Below are positions 1-12,434 of a DNA stretch of 50,652 nt, in pieces. The first letter of the stretch is position 1; each line of letters opens with the position of its first letter. Both the position numbers and the translations under genes were made by a program. The notes below the pieces were generated by a model. It searched no databases. It saw nothing but the letters and a program-made list of their open reading frames with translations, and was not told the origin of the DNA. Source of the stretch: Octopus bimaculoides (lineage: Eukaryota); assembly GCF_001194135.2 (NCBI RefSeq), contig NC_068995.1, positions 27,732,471-27,783,122 of the forward strand, read 5' to 3'.

Positions 1-13
1 TACTATCGATTTT

Positions 14-920
14 GTTATCGCAAGTAAGTTTATAAAGTAAATTTCATGCTAACTACCCTTCGTTCGTCTCCTCCAAATCCTCCTAAATCCACGTTTAATT
101 CATTTATTTCTTTATCTATAAGTATATTTTTTAAAGATATATCGATACTTGTACTTTATTTCAATATTCTATCCCACTTTTACATCTAATTTCTATTATT
201 ATACCTCTGTGCTACAAAGTAAGATGCAAAGTAGCACGTTTTTCCTGACGGGATATTATGTTTTAGTTTTAGTTAGACAAGTATTCCAATATAACTTTAA
301 ATATGTATTCATTGCATACGTATTCTTTTACTAATTTACGATATTGCATCAAGTAAATAGATTAGTTACTGTATCTCAATATGATACAATATCAATGGTT
401 ATCCCCCATTGTGAGTTAATCTCTACTCTCTTTACTCCTCAAGTTTGCACGGCTTTTTTACTCCACATATAGTCATATTTATATAGTTCACACATATCTT
501 TATGTATATACTAAAGTTCTTGCTATCGTAAGTAATATTTGCATAATAAATTTCATGCTTATTCCCCTTCGTTTACCTTTCTCGAATCAAGCTTTATTTC
601 ACTTCTTTCCTTATCTATTAGAATTTTCTAAGATATCTTTCGTACTTTCTTCACTACTAGGTCCAATATTCACTCCCGTTTTTCATTAATATGCCTCTAT
701 GCTATGTAGTAATATATAAGAAGCACGTTTTTCTCTGGTGGGATATAATACGTTAGTTTATCATGATTTACAATATTACATCAAATAGGTATTTTTGCAT
801 ATACATTTACCTACGTTATGTATTCTTTTATTAATTCATTACTTTATAGTTTTGTACCTTGTACTGTCATTTATTTAGGTTAATTACCGTAACTTAATAT
901 GAAACAACATTAATGGTTAC
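14..920. repeat. Diverged direct duplication, about 400-bp unit at about 510-bp spacing (14-410 and 522-920)
   Basis: Collinear shared blocks: aaatttcatgct, cccttcgtt, agcacgtttt, gggatat, gtattctttta, aatggtta. Confidence 0.65.
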
Positions 921-1392
921 TTATATTTACTATCCATCTTTAATTTCCTTCCTTCTAAACGTTTATTTACGTAATTAGTCGAATATGAAAATTTACTCTT
1001 TACACAAATCCATTGGATTCTCTCTCTTTCTCCTTCCTCTTACAAATAATTTTTATTATTAATTTGAAGAATTTTCTGTGGTTCCTTATGTCTTCTTTTA
1101 ATTTAAACTCTTAGTATAGCATTCATAGCCTCTCTCCCAAAACAGCTCCCTGTAAACTAGCGTTCTTGTTTCTAACGGTCATTTATCTTAGCTATATAGT
1201 GTTATTCCTCATGTGTAATCTTAGCATTCAGCACAAGTCTTGCATTTGTAAACTGGTTCCCTGATGATAAAATTATATGTATAAACCAGCATCTCTTATT
1301 CCGTTAGAGTAGAGTGCATATAATTTTTGAAACATGTGTAGGAATTAAAGGAACTTATTGATTATATGTGTTTTGCTCCATTTATTATTATT

Positions 1393-1426
<34 letters not shown>

Positions 1427-1597
1427 NNNNNNNNNNNNNNNNNNNNNNNNNNNNNNNNNNNNNNNNNNNNNNNNNNNNNNNNNNNNNNNNNNNNNNNNNN
1501 NNNNNNNNNNNNNNNNNNNNNNNNNNNNNNNNNNNNNNNNNNNNNNNNNNNNNNNNNNNNNNNNNNNNNNNNNNNNNNNNNNNNNNNNNNNNNNNNN

Positions 1598-2245
1598 ATA
1601 TGTGTATAAAAATTTATACACGAAGAGAAGATCAACATGTGGACATCTTACAAGCTAAAGTGGGTATTCAAATCCCAAACCACGAAAAAACGTTTGTATT
1701 TTTGTCACATTGCTCATAGGTGTGTTGGACACTTGAACTGACCAAAATTTCAGTTAACTCTAATCCTACGAGTTTCACTATTAATAAATCAATTAATTAG
1801 GCAGTTAATTGATCAATTAACCATCTGTAGCTTGTCTATAGATTTGCTTCAAAAGTAATTATGGAAGTATAATTGGTACTGAAAACTCAAAGTAAATGCA
1901 TCTGCATTTAGTTCGATACATATACATCAAGAATTCAAATGGAATGTCCTCAAGCAACGTGCCAAGTCAGAATAGTACAGCATTGAATAATTTCAATGGT
2001 GTATTATCTGGCCAAAGAATCGAAATATTTAACTTTATATATATACAAGGGCAAAAATAATAAAAATAATAATTTGTACCAGTGGTTAGCATGTGTAATA
2101 AAAGTCAGAAGACATAAATATTTGTATAATGTGTGTATAAAAATTTATACACAAAGAGAAGGCCACCATATGGACGTCTTAAATGCTAAAGAGAACAATC
2201 AAATCTCAAACTACGAGAAAACATTCTTATTTATGTGTCGTATAG
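1598..2245 (+). repeat. Two diverged copies of a ~120-bp repeat (1598-1720 and about 2125-2245)
   Basis: tgtgtataaaaatttatacacgaagagaagatcaacatgtggacatctta versus tgtgtataaaaatttatacacaaagagaaggccaccatatggacgtctta. Confidence 0.7.
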
Positions 2246-2310
2246 CCAACTGGAAATGACATTTCCTGGGTCTAAACAATAGTAATATTCATCCCATCCA
2301 GGACTGCCAC

Positions 2311-2361
2311 AAATAGTCTTTACTTGGCAAATAGTCTTTACTTGGCAAATAGTCTTTACTT
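2311..2361 (+). repeat. 18-bp tandem repeat, about 2.8 copies
   Basis: aaatagtctttacttggc twice plus a partial third copy. Confidence 0.9.
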
Positions 2362-2917
2362 TAAAGTACTGTTACTAGATATCTCTCTTAGAGAGATTTC
2401 TATTTATTAGATCAGTGACTGTGTGTCACCTAGAAAATTATATATTTTCAAACGGAAATTCATCAGCGCTGTCTAGCTGAGCAGTTACTCTGTGCTAAAA
2501 GACCTTGGTTAAATGAAGAGAAGAAAGAACGAACTACTTATTTTAAAATGTCACTTGAGGAGATGCAGTTTGCACGTGTGATGCAAGACAGTTTGATGAT
2601 ACAGCATCTCACCTGTAATTAACAGATGTATGATGAGTTCAAACATTTGTAGTGGATTTGAATAATCAGTATCAGCTAGTAATTGCTGAAAGTTACATAT
2701 ATTACACACATTATTGCATTCATGTAACCTAACAATAGATGTGTATAAGCACATGTTTAGGTGCATGTATACAGCATTTTTTCTCATTTGTATCTCTTTA
2801 TTTATGTGTTATTTGTCAATGGAATACTTAAAATAGTATAGTGTTGTGGGTATATAATACAAACTAAAGATGAGGTTTGAGAGAGTCCACTTTCTGTATG
2901 ATCCTAATGTTTATTGT

Positions 2918-3560
2918 ACTTGCACATCTACCACACAAAGCCTACATTCTCTGTTAGTTGCCCAGTGATACTGCTTCACCTCTTATCTGTCCATATCTTG
3001 CACTGAGTATACCTTAACGAGTTTCTACCTACACCTTTTCTACATACTGAGCTGGGCCTTCTCCCTGAAGGGATTTGTGATTTGTCTGTTTTCCTACCTA
3101 CTAGGATTTTGGCCTTTGCTAAATTAACTCTCAGCCCTTTGATTCAAGACCATGTTTCCACACCTGAATTGTGTTCTAGTTCTGGTAGTGATTCAGCTAT
3201 AAGAACAAGGTCATAAGCAGGGATGACAATGATAAGCAAGAAGTTGCTGAAAATTGATTCTTGGTAAACACCTACTTGTACACTAAATTCCTTGCTATAA
3301 TTATTGGCAACTTTCACCTTATTGATGGCATCATTGAACATAGCTTGTATAGCTCTCACCAAGCACTTGTATACCCCTAACTTCTGCATTGACTTCAAGA
3401 TAAGTGAGTGTGGAACTATGTCAACGAAAGCTAAATACTGAGGTTATTTTTGGCTAAATTCTTCTACTGCACTAGCCTTACCAGGAAGATAGAATCAGTA
3501 GTGCTTCACCCTGGCACAAAGCCAAACTGCATCTCAGATACAGTGTTCTGAATGCTACAA
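2918..3560 (-). mobile_element. RTE-clade LINE reverse transcriptase fragment (decayed)
   Basis: ORF 3144-3398 LVRAIQAMFNDAINKVKVANNYSKEFSVQVGVYQ...DLVLIAESLPELE; homologous to the RTE copies at 24607-26223 and 40960-42925. Confidence 0.85.
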
Positions 3561-3561
3561 T

Positions 3562-3790
3562 CACTATATCGGTAGCATGGTCCAACCACTCCATATTTCT
3601 TCCCCAAACACTTCGCCAAATATAGCAACACCACCAATGTGATATACACCTCCATACTGGTCTCAGAGAGGAACACAGGAAATCTCTGTATCAAAGAAGC
3701 TTTACTGATCTACCACCTTAACTTCAAAATCAATAGTTGATCAGAGGTGGTCTGATGACTCCTGTGAAGATTCCACCGAACACTCCCTAT
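3562..3790 (+). mobile_element. Penelope-like GIY-YIG endonuclease C-terminal remnant
   Basis: HYIGSMVQPLHI and LCIKEALLIYHLNFKINS resemble YIGxTxRxLxxR and LKIKEALxIxxxxPxLN motifs; followed by ctgatga. Confidence 0.55.
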
Positions 3791-4122
3791 GTCACTGTGA
3801 TCACAACATTATCCTAACATATGTCATCAACACCATCACCCACTGCACCACTGCCACCAGCCTACCGCCAGTCCTCACCATCACCCCCATGTGATGGAGC
3901 AGCTGCTGCTGCTAACTCAAACACTGAGCTATCCAAAATGGCAAATGGATCTGTGTAAATGTACGTTTCTTTGATTGTATTTCTTCTGTTGAGATAGGCT
4001 GTTGCGCCTCTAAATATAAAAGTTTTAAAAACTTTCTGCATTGTTAGCTTTTCGTATTTTTCATCTCATTCATTTTTGTAATTCATTTGTATTCAAGCAA
4101 ATGTTTAAATTTACAGAACAGT

Positions 4123-4267
4123 AGGTGCAGGAGTGGCTGTGCGGTAAGTAGCTTGCTTACCAACCACATGGTTCTGGGCAAGTGTCTTCTATTATACCTT
4201 GGGCCAACCAAAGGCTTATGAGTGGATTTGGTAGACAGAAACTGACAGAAGTCTGTCGTATATATAT
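4123..4267 (+). mobile_element. Octopus-type tRNA-derived SINE, internally deleted, (TA)n tail
   Basis: aggtgcaggagtggctgtgcggtaagtagcttgcttaccaaccacatggttc...gagtggatttggtagacagaaactga; same family as 45759-45960. Confidence 0.85.
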
Positions 4268-4574
4268 NNNNNNNNNNNNNNNNNNNNNNNTCTTTGATTG
4301 TATTTCTTCTGTTGAGATAGGCTGTTGCGCCTCTAAATATAAAAGTTTTAAAAACTTTCTGCATTGTTAGCTTTTCGTATTTTTCATCTCATTCATTTTT
4401 GTAATTCATTAAAAATGCAGAATAAGAATTAACATTGACTGGCTGTTATTAAATTTTGTGTATCATTTAATTTTTTCCTAAATTTAATTGAATTATATCA
4501 AATAGATGATATCCTTGTTAATAATGTTAGTGTCTCTATTCAGTAAGTTTTGCTAATATTGACTTATTTTGTAG

Positions 4575-4660
4575 ACTTAATTCAGAAAATGGACCTTGAT
4601 TCAGAAATTGAAAAACTGGAAAGAGATAGAGCTTTAGGTCCTCCCAAACACAGGAAACAG
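4575..4660 (+). CDS. NUP205: NUP205 internal coding exon (first seen in window), phase 1 to phase 0
   Basis: ttttgtAG|AC TTA ATT...AAA CAG|GTtagt; reads xLIQKMDLDSEIEKLERDRALGPPKHRKQ, similar to human Nup205 LVSQIDVNNEFEKLQRERGLGSEKHRKE; splices in frame to 7500. Confidence 0.92.
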
Positions 4661-5289
4661 GTTAGTGTATATTTGAAAAAATATTTTCAGTTTACCACCT
4701 TAAGTATAATAGATGGCATATAACAATATGCCTTTCATGCTGAAGAGTAGCCTTCAGAAATTTTGCATTATGTTAAACTACATTATTATAGATAAGATTA
4801 TATTCTTAAGCCAAAGGCAATAAAGCTTGACTTTTAATTATAGATAACAATTATTACGAAAATTGTACACAAGCTCTCAGTGTATTCTTTTAAAGTATTG
4901 TTTGCAAGATAAACTTGCTAAAATGCATCACTTTTTTCAATAAAAACAATAATTGGGAATGTAATCAAGTTCAGTAATACTCTAAAATCCAAATTACTAC
5001 TTGCCATCAATATCAATGCTTCAAAAATTGTTTCTACAGACAGGAGCATTTAGAGATGGAAAACGTAGACAGAACTTTCTTGCTTCTCAAGCAGAGGTGA
5101 AGAGATTCCTAAAGAAAGCAAGGTTGCTGACAAACATGTAAGCCATAGCATTGATCTACATGCTGAGTAATGGTGACAGTAATGCTTGCATCTATCTTTC
5201 TCACCACTACAAACAAACATTTTCTCCATAGTTTTCATAGTTTTCCAAAATTAACTGTTTCAAATTTTGGCAAAAATTCAGGAATTTGG

Positions 5290-5455
5290 TGTTGGGTGGG
5301 GAAGAGTTGAATTCATTGACCCCAATATTCAACTGGTACTCTATTTTATTAGTCCTTAAAGGACGAAATTTAACTTCAGCGGGACTTGAACTCAAAATGT
5401 AAAGAACTGGAAGAAATTTGGTGAAATAGGCTAACAGTTCTGCCTGCTCACCACT
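5290..5455 (-). mobile_element. Decayed SINE (same family as 15925-16152)
   Basis: aactggtact...cagcgggacttgaactcaaaatgt corresponds to gtacttattt...cggtgggatttgaactcagaacgt at 16021-16090. Confidence 0.7.
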
Positions 5456-6190
5456 TTATACCTTTCTCTGTCAAAAAGAATATTCAAATGCTCAGCATCA
5501 ATTGATTGTTACTGGCTACTGCAAGGGACGTTCAGTTACAACTACTGAAGTATTTTAGTTGTTTTGTGTGTGTGTATGGGGGGTATTGTTGATTGAAATA
5601 GCAGTGAAAGTGCTCATTGATTATACATTGCCAGGATGAGCTGTCCCTAATATTGTATAAATCATCACTAGTTGAATGGATTATTAATGCCTTCGCTATC
5701 AGTGAGTTGCTAATCACTTTAAAGTGGTCATCCTCGACTCCCATAACAGGAATTTCTTATTTTCACATGAGCGAAAAGCTTAGTTGATTGGATTTTACTT
5801 ATTGCTTTATTTTTTCTCATTTTATCAATTTGATAGGATGAAACACTAAATCAACCAGGAACAACATAGTACAATTAACGAAAGTATAATGTGTAGTACT
5901 TTGTTCAGAGCAAAACTGAGATAGTGAATTATGTACACAATGCAGTATTGGTGATAAGATATAAACTATCAAATCTCTGGCTAGTTAAATGTCTTTTTCA
6001 CTATTTATCACTTTATATTCAATTTTAAAAATAAATATATTTTACTTTTTTCCCTCCTTTTCTGTTTATTTGTCTATTAATTCATAAATGCTGTATTCTT
6101 TAAAGTAGCAGATTCAGTAATCTCATTGGGGTGGTCCTAAATTGTATCCCATAGATATGAACTAGAAGGCTTCACTTACATTGTGTTATA

Positions 6191-7443
6191 CAGGATGGCC
6201 CAAAAGTCACTAGACCATTTCAAAGTAAAACTTTTTTATTTATTAAATATCAACTTTCCTCCTCCTCTTCTTCCAAACTTCCATATTCTCTGCTGGTATC
6301 AGCTGGAGGGTCTGACAGGAGCTGCCAAGCTGGGGGATGCCCTTCCTAATGCCAACTATTTTACAGTGTACTGGGCACTTTTTGCATGGAACCAGCATGG
6401 ATGCTTTTTATGTGGTGCCAGTGTGGGTGCTCTTTTTTCCGTGGCTTATTCCTTCAATTTCTTCACTGATATCAGCCTCAAATTGCTGGTTGGTCTGAGG
6501 TTTGTGAGAGGATACTCTGTCTTTCAGATATCTCCTCAAGTCATTAAATCAGATGAGTGTGAAGGCTAATTGAATTTAGAGTTTCTTGAAATTATTCTCT
6601 TCCCAAAAATTTGCTTTAAGTGCTCCATCATTGGGTGAGCTGTATGTGCTGTAGCCCCATCTTTCTACCATCATACCTCTGGATGAAATGTTTATGCATG
6701 TCCGAATACCTTACATCTGTGACAGTCCGTTTTCTGCCTTATCTTCAAATAATTAAGGACGAAGTATTCTTTCCTCACTTAACCTGCACCAAAGCATTAC
6801 TCACATTGATGGGCTCTTTTTCATTTTCTGTCTCCCAAAATCAAATATGTTGCTTATTGTCAAAGTTGTTGTGATGAAAGTGGGCCTTGTCACCCATAAT
6901 GAAGTTGTGAATGAAATCATCTTCTTGCCATACCAATTCTTGGATCTAAGCAGCATACAATAATTCTACTTGATAATCAGCTGGCTTCAGTTCTTACACT
7001 AGTTGCACTTTATACAGGTATAAATCAAGCATTTTTGAATCCCCTGTTATGAGCTTCAGAGTATGCCCAGCTGCTGGGACCACCTTTGATATTGAAGGCT
7101 CTTCTTCAATGATCCACCATGCACACTGAATTTTGTCCTGTGACCTTCCTGCACCTGGTAAATCAATTAGATCCCACTGTTGTTCAAACTATTGAATATT
7201 GTGTGTCTAGATGGCAGTTGTCTGACTCCAAAATGATGAAGGTAAGCTCTTTGGGTTAGAACAATTGATCATTAATTTTGCAGATAAAATTTGATCATTT
7301 TTAGTCATTGCTCTGTCATGAATTTCTTCATGATTATTTTCTGTGAATTACATGTCAGTAATGTCCGAGACAAAAAAAAAAAAAAAAAAAATCAATGGCG
7401 AAAGAGTTATATTTTAAGTGGTCTATTCACTTTTGGGCAACTG
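6191..7443 (-). mobile_element. Near full-length decayed Tc1/mariner transposon, DD41D (rosa)-type, with an RTE 3'-end insert at about 6270-6440
   Basis: TA|CAGGATGGCCCAAAAGTCACTAGACCA at left and degenerate inverted tggtctattcacttttgggcaactg at 7419-7443; minus strand FIHNFIMGDKAHFH and KDGATAHTAHPMMEHLKQIFGKRIISRNSKFN*PSHSSDL (37 residues from D to the SxDL aspartate, implying D41D; the terminal PD itself is lost). Confidence 0.75.
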
Positions 7444-7499
7444 TGTTTTTAACTTGTATGCACTTTTTTGTCATTGGATTAATGAATTCTGTTTTTCAG

Positions 7500-7725
7500 G
7501 TTATAGAATTGTTCAAAGAAATTCGGCTCTGCCTAGCTGAATGCTTGTTTTATCTGGCAGCCCAGCAGCCTCTCCAAGAACATGACACCTTACAGCTTAT
7601 AGCTTTTTTAAAGGAGCACTGTCAATGGAGTCCAGATGGGTCTTTGGATTCAGTGTCTTTATTTCTTCTTATAGCACTCTTGTACTGCTTTGATAATAGC
7701 ATTTTGGAGATTGAAGATAATGAAG
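7500..7725 (+). CDS. NUP205: NUP205 internal coding exon (226 nt, phase 0 to 1)
   Basis: gtttttcAG|GTT...GAA G|GTttgt; VIELFKEIRLCLAECLFYLAAQQPLQEHDTLQLIAFLKEHCQWSPDGSLDSVSLFLLIALLYCFDNSILE matches human VSDLIKECRQSLAESLFAWACQSPL...NGSLDAVNLALLMALLYCFDISFIE. Confidence 0.96.
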
Positions 7726-8896
7726 GTTTGTTGCTATTAATTTATTGTTTTTTCCTTCTCAAATTTAATAATCTATACAGTATGACAATTTCCACTGGAT
7801 TTGTTGGACAATTTATCAATTTCCCAGATCAAAACCCATTATGCTTTTTGTAATTTTATGCACAGAAAATGAGTTAGCTAATATTCAACTGGGAATACAA
7901 CAAAATTTTGGATTATTTACCAGACGAACTTAATGCACATAAGACAGGTGTACCATAAATGTGAAACAGAATGAAATAATGGAATTTGCCTATGAAGAAA
8001 ACTAGGAAATGATATACACACCATCAACTAAAACAATCTCACACGTATACATAAATATAGAGAAGCATATAATAATGATTCACAATGTAAATTAATCAAA
8101 CTTTGACTTGAATCTTACAAGTATATTAAAATTACAGGTAAATAAAAATAAGGTCAATATGAAAAATCCCTCTCACAAAAAATATTTCTAAAAATGCTTG
8201 GATTTCTGACTTTCTTCCAGGTTTGTGGTTTTTATGTTTGCTATATATATATATATATATATNNNNNNNNNNNNNNNNNNNNNNNNNNNNNNNNNNNNNN
8301 NNNNNNNNNNNNNNNNNNNNNNNNNNNNNNNNNNNNNNNNNNNNNNNNNNNNNNNNNNNNNNNNNNNNNNNNNNNNNNNNNNNNNNNNNNNNNNNNNNNN
8401 NNNNNNNNNNNNNNNNNNNNNNNNNNNNNNNNNNNNNNNNNNNNNNNNNNNNNNNNNNNNNNNNNNNNNNNNNNNNNNNNNNNNNNNNNNNNNNNNNNNN
8501 NNNNNNNNNNNNNNNNNNNNNNNNNNNNNNNNNNNNNNNNNNNNNNNNNNNNNNNNNNNNNNNNNNNNNNNNNNNNNNNNNNNNNNNNNNNNNNNNNNNN
8601 NNNNNNNNNNNNNNNNNNNNNNNNNNNNNNNNNNNNNNNNNNNNNNNNNNNGAAATGCTGTTTGATTTATTTTTTCAGCGTACAATTTTCATCATTCCAC
8701 TACCAAGTATGGCATCACCCCTTCCTTTCTCTCTCATAAACACAAGAATATTATTATAGTAGATTATCTTGGTAACCATCTGTGTAATTTTTCGTGCATT
8801 TCCACCCAGCCGTTTGACCATGAACCCCAAGACAAGAAAGAATCGCCCATGTCAAATTTATATGTATAGATATGTATGTATGTATAAATATATTAG

Positions 8897-9118
8897 CCCT
8901 TTAGCAAGGAAAATGGCCATATCTGGTCCAAATTTTCTCCGTGTTTTATGTTCAAAATGGCCAGATCCAGCCTCTCACACCTACCTTACACAATAGCATT
9001 GTAAAAATAAACAAAAATATCATCAGATTCTCAATGCTAGGAGATAATGCATGATTAACTGAAAACAATGTGAATAAATAAGCGTTACATTTGACAGAAT
9101 AATGTGAATACTAAAGGG
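8897..9118. mobile_element. piggyBac-type MITE (222 bp)
   Basis: TTAG|CCCTTTAGCA ... TACTAAAGGG|TTAA termini; a reverse-oriented fragment of the same family lies at about 40870-40960. Confidence 0.75.
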
Positions 9119-9649
9119 TTAAACAAATGTTTAAATCATTTCAAATATGTTTGGGACATACCTATAAGAAAAAAGTAATTTGATGTTAGTGTTTTAATAC
9201 TTGTTGGCTAAAGTGAGAGTTTTCTCTGCAGCTGACCCCTGTGAAAATTGCTTTTTATAAGTCAGATATGTCTAAAACTTATTTGAACTGATCAAGGTTT
9301 GCTTCATCCTCAACACTGCTTTCGCAGGACTACTGCTACTGCTGCCTTTGCTACCACCGCATTCCTTGATACTTGTGAGCATACCCTGGCACTTCACCAT
9401 CTCTCTCCTGCTCTTACTTTCTCTCACTTTCCCTCATTCTTCCCTCTGGCTGGGTAGCCGCATATCACCTCTTCAGCAGCACACCTATTCCTACCCTCAT
9501 TCTTGGCCTGTCTCTCTTTCTGTTTCTCTCTCTCTGTGCCCCTCTGTTATAGCAAGACACCTCTTTCTGCCTCTCTATCATCCTCTGACACAAGTTCCCT
9601 TCCTCAAATGCCCTTGCTTCTCTCATAATTCCTTGTTTTGTGACTTACG

Positions 9650-9943
9650 TGGTGACCCTGCCGGTGCTGGTGCCACGTAAAAAGCATCCAGTCCATATTG
9701 TAAAATGGTTGACATTTGAAAGGGTATCCAGCTGTAAAAACTATGCCAAAACTAACCTTGTCTTTGCTAGTGTCACGTAAAAAGCACTGTGTTCACTCTG
9801 CAATGTGGTAGGTGTTAGGAAGGGCATCCGGCTGTAAAAATCTTGCTAAAACAGACATAGTAGTATTGGGTAGTTTTTCTACATGGCCAGCTCCTGTGAA
9901 TCGTCTAACCCATGCATGGAAGATGGATGTTAAACGATGATGA
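9650..9943 (+). mobile_element. RTE LINE 3'-end / RTE-derived SINE, sense orientation, with internal module duplicated
   Basis: tgccacgtaaaaagcatcc...ttaggaagggcatccggctgtaaaaa...catgcatggaagatggatgttaaacgatgatgat. Confidence 0.85.
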
Positions 9944-10559
9944 TATATAGTAATCTAGCTGTTTCGTTTCCTTGGAAAGATTGTAGCTAGGTCTAATATT
10001 TTCCTAAAAACAACTATGATAAACAGTTTTTAAATTCTTACTGTATTGAGGTACAGATTCATTTCTTTTCTTTATTGCTATCGAAACTTGTCAGAATCGT
10101 TTCACTTTCAGAAAAAGAAATATCCTTTTCATAATCACATGTGGTTATATTAATGACTTGTAAATGTCATATAAGATTAATTGTGTGATAATTGAGGAGA
10201 GTGAAGTTATGGCTAACACCTGTCTTGTTATCTGATGCATAGTCTTGTGTTCTCTTCTCTTTTTCTTTTTACTCCTTTTTGACAGGTTCTCTTCCTCAGC
10301 TGAGTTAATTGATTTTTCAGATGGGTTTCTCAGAAGGATTGACATCATAGTATCAACAACTCATAACTCTTGATTTTTTTTCTCAACTAGAATATGCCTT
10401 AAAAACATGACTAATGCCACAGAAAAAAATATAGGATATGTCTGCTGGAAAATTCTCCTTCCTCTCTTCATGAATTCCTGCAAACATGTAAATCTCATAG
10501 GCTATTCTTTTGAATCTATCTCGGAAGAATATTGCAAAAATCATCAGAAAATTGAATAT

Positions 10560-10830
10560 CACCAGTTGCTTGACAAAAATTTTGAGAATTTCATACCATA
10601 ATCATATCAGAAAAAATTTAGTCACAAGAACAATCATGGTAACACAACACAAAAGGCAAACAAATTTGAAAGAATGTTGGGAATAAAGCCAGTGATGCTG
10701 TGATGAGTCATGTGCTGAGGAAGGATGAAAGTGACTGTGTGAGAAGAGAGATGGAAATGATTGTTGAACAAAGCAGAGAGAGGAGAAGACCAATGAAAAC
10801 ATGGTTACAAATGATAAGAGAAGTGGGAGC
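10560..10830 (+). mobile_element. Decayed RTE-like LINE RT C-terminal fragment
   Basis: ...HVLRKDESDCVRREMEMIVEQSRERRRPMKTWLQMIRE resembles GHVLR...GxRxRGRPxKTW. Confidence 0.55.
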
Positions 10831-11162
10831 AATGTTATTGATGTGGTGATGTGTAAAGTATAATTGAGAAGTTTGTCATTGCCTTAACATTCTTGACACT
10901 GTTGTACTCTTGATGCCTTTTAAAATCATTAATAATGATGACAGTATTGTTTGTCTTTAATCTCTGACATACCCAGCATATGAGCCTCCTAGTACTGTTT
11001 ATGGAATATATTTAGAAATCACATATACTGTCACATTTTCTATTAGATTTTGCAACTTGGCTACCTCAATTACTTTACACCTTTATTTGAGTTGGTACTC
11101 ATATTGCTTGTGAACCATTTGGTTAAAGTACCATTCAACCTCACCTTTTTCAAGACAATATA

Positions 11163-12434
11163 CAGGGTGTCACACAAAGATTTACCCATTGATATTTTTC
11201 AATTATTGAAAATAAACTTAAGGTAGGATAATGAAATTGGCACACAAGTTCGAATGTAAATTGTCAATCCATTGCAGTAATTACATTTCAAAATGGCTGC
11301 CTTTCACCTTGATCAAAGCTTGCAAACGAGTGGTCACTGATTTGTATGAGTACCGTACTACCTTTTCATTCAGCTTGACTCATGAAGACTGAAGGGCTTT
11401 CTTCAGATCTGACACATTTGAATAGGAGTGAGCAGAAACATTACTCTCTAAGACGGACCAGATAGCAAAATCCATGTGATTGATGTCTTGACTTGAGGGA
11501 GGCCATATCGTCTTGTTCCAAAAACCACTAAAATGCTCTTTGCACCACCTCTGTTTGAAATTAGATGTATTGGCCAGAGTCCCATCTTGAGTGAAGATGT
11601 AACAGTCACCAAAGGTTTCTGTGACCCAGGGTAACACTTTCTCATCCAACATTTCCACATAAAGTTCACTGTTGACCTTGTTGCCAGCATTGATGAAGAT
11701 CAAGGGAGACTTGGACCCATCAGATGCAACTGCGGCCCACTCCATGAGTAAAGCTGGCTTCTGATGGTGTAAATGCCTCCTCCTACTTTCGGGCAAGTCT
11801 CCTGCATTACATTCATAAAGCCTGTCATTCTGCCTGTTGGTAACTGCCTCCACTGTGAAGATCTCATTGGACCAGATCAACACTTTGTTAGCAGTGCACT
11901 TCATCTCAGCTAACATGGTTTTACCCGTCAAGCCATTTCTTTTTGGAAGCTGCTGAAATTAACTGCCAGTATTGTTTCTTGTATGCAGTTACCTTTAAAT
12001 CCCCTTTAAAAATCCTATGCCTTGATGCTTTCGAAATATCAAGAGCTTTTGCAGTTTTTCTTACGCTCCTGTGGCGATTTTGGTTCATTTGCTTTTTTAC
12101 AGCTTCAACATTTTGTTTGGTAGGAATTGATTGTTTCTTCCCAGGAATTGACTTGGTAAAGGTAGTAGTGGGCACCATATATTGTTTCCAGGCATTGAAC
12201 ACTGTTTTATGGCACACATTCAACTGTTTTGTTAAGTTCTTGTTGCTCACTCCAGCTGTTTTCAGAGTGACAATCTGGTCACATTTTGCTTTCAATGCAA
12301 TGTTTGTTTACAAACCTGTTATAGATGAATGAAGCAATAGACAGAAGACATATGCAAAATGTAGATAATATTACCTGAACCAATATTCTTTAAGAAATGT
12401 TATAAACATGGGTAAATTTTTCTGGGACACCCTA
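11163..12434 (-). mobile_element. Full-length (1272 bp) decayed DD37D (maT) transposon
   Basis: TA-flanked TIRs CAGGGTGTCACACAAAGATTTACCCAT and ATGGGTAAATTTTTCTGGGACACCCTA; HTH ORF 11921-12295 frameshifted to catalytic ORF 11380-11931; QDG...NHMD spacing is 37; first catalytic D reads N (WSNE). Confidence 0.92.

Noticed and set aside
1255-1295. ctgatga...aaaccag as a hammerhead
   Set aside because: G12 is missing and there is no stem II or NUH in register
2376-2402. 12-bp hairpin tagatatctctc-tta-gagagatttcta
   Set aside because: Short, AT/CT-rich and isolated; compatible with chance
2630-2691. Possible C/D snoRNA (ATGATGA...CTGA)
   Set aside because: No convincing terminal stem, C'/D' boxes or recognisable rRNA complement; expected by chance in AT-rich DNA
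3745-3800. ctgatga at the Penelope remnant end as a hammerhead
   Set aside because: No paired stem II or GAAA core remains
7395-7853. 152-aa ORF as a standalone gene
   Set aside because: Only 7500-7725 is Nup205-like and bounded by splice sites; the flanks are intron and transposon TIR
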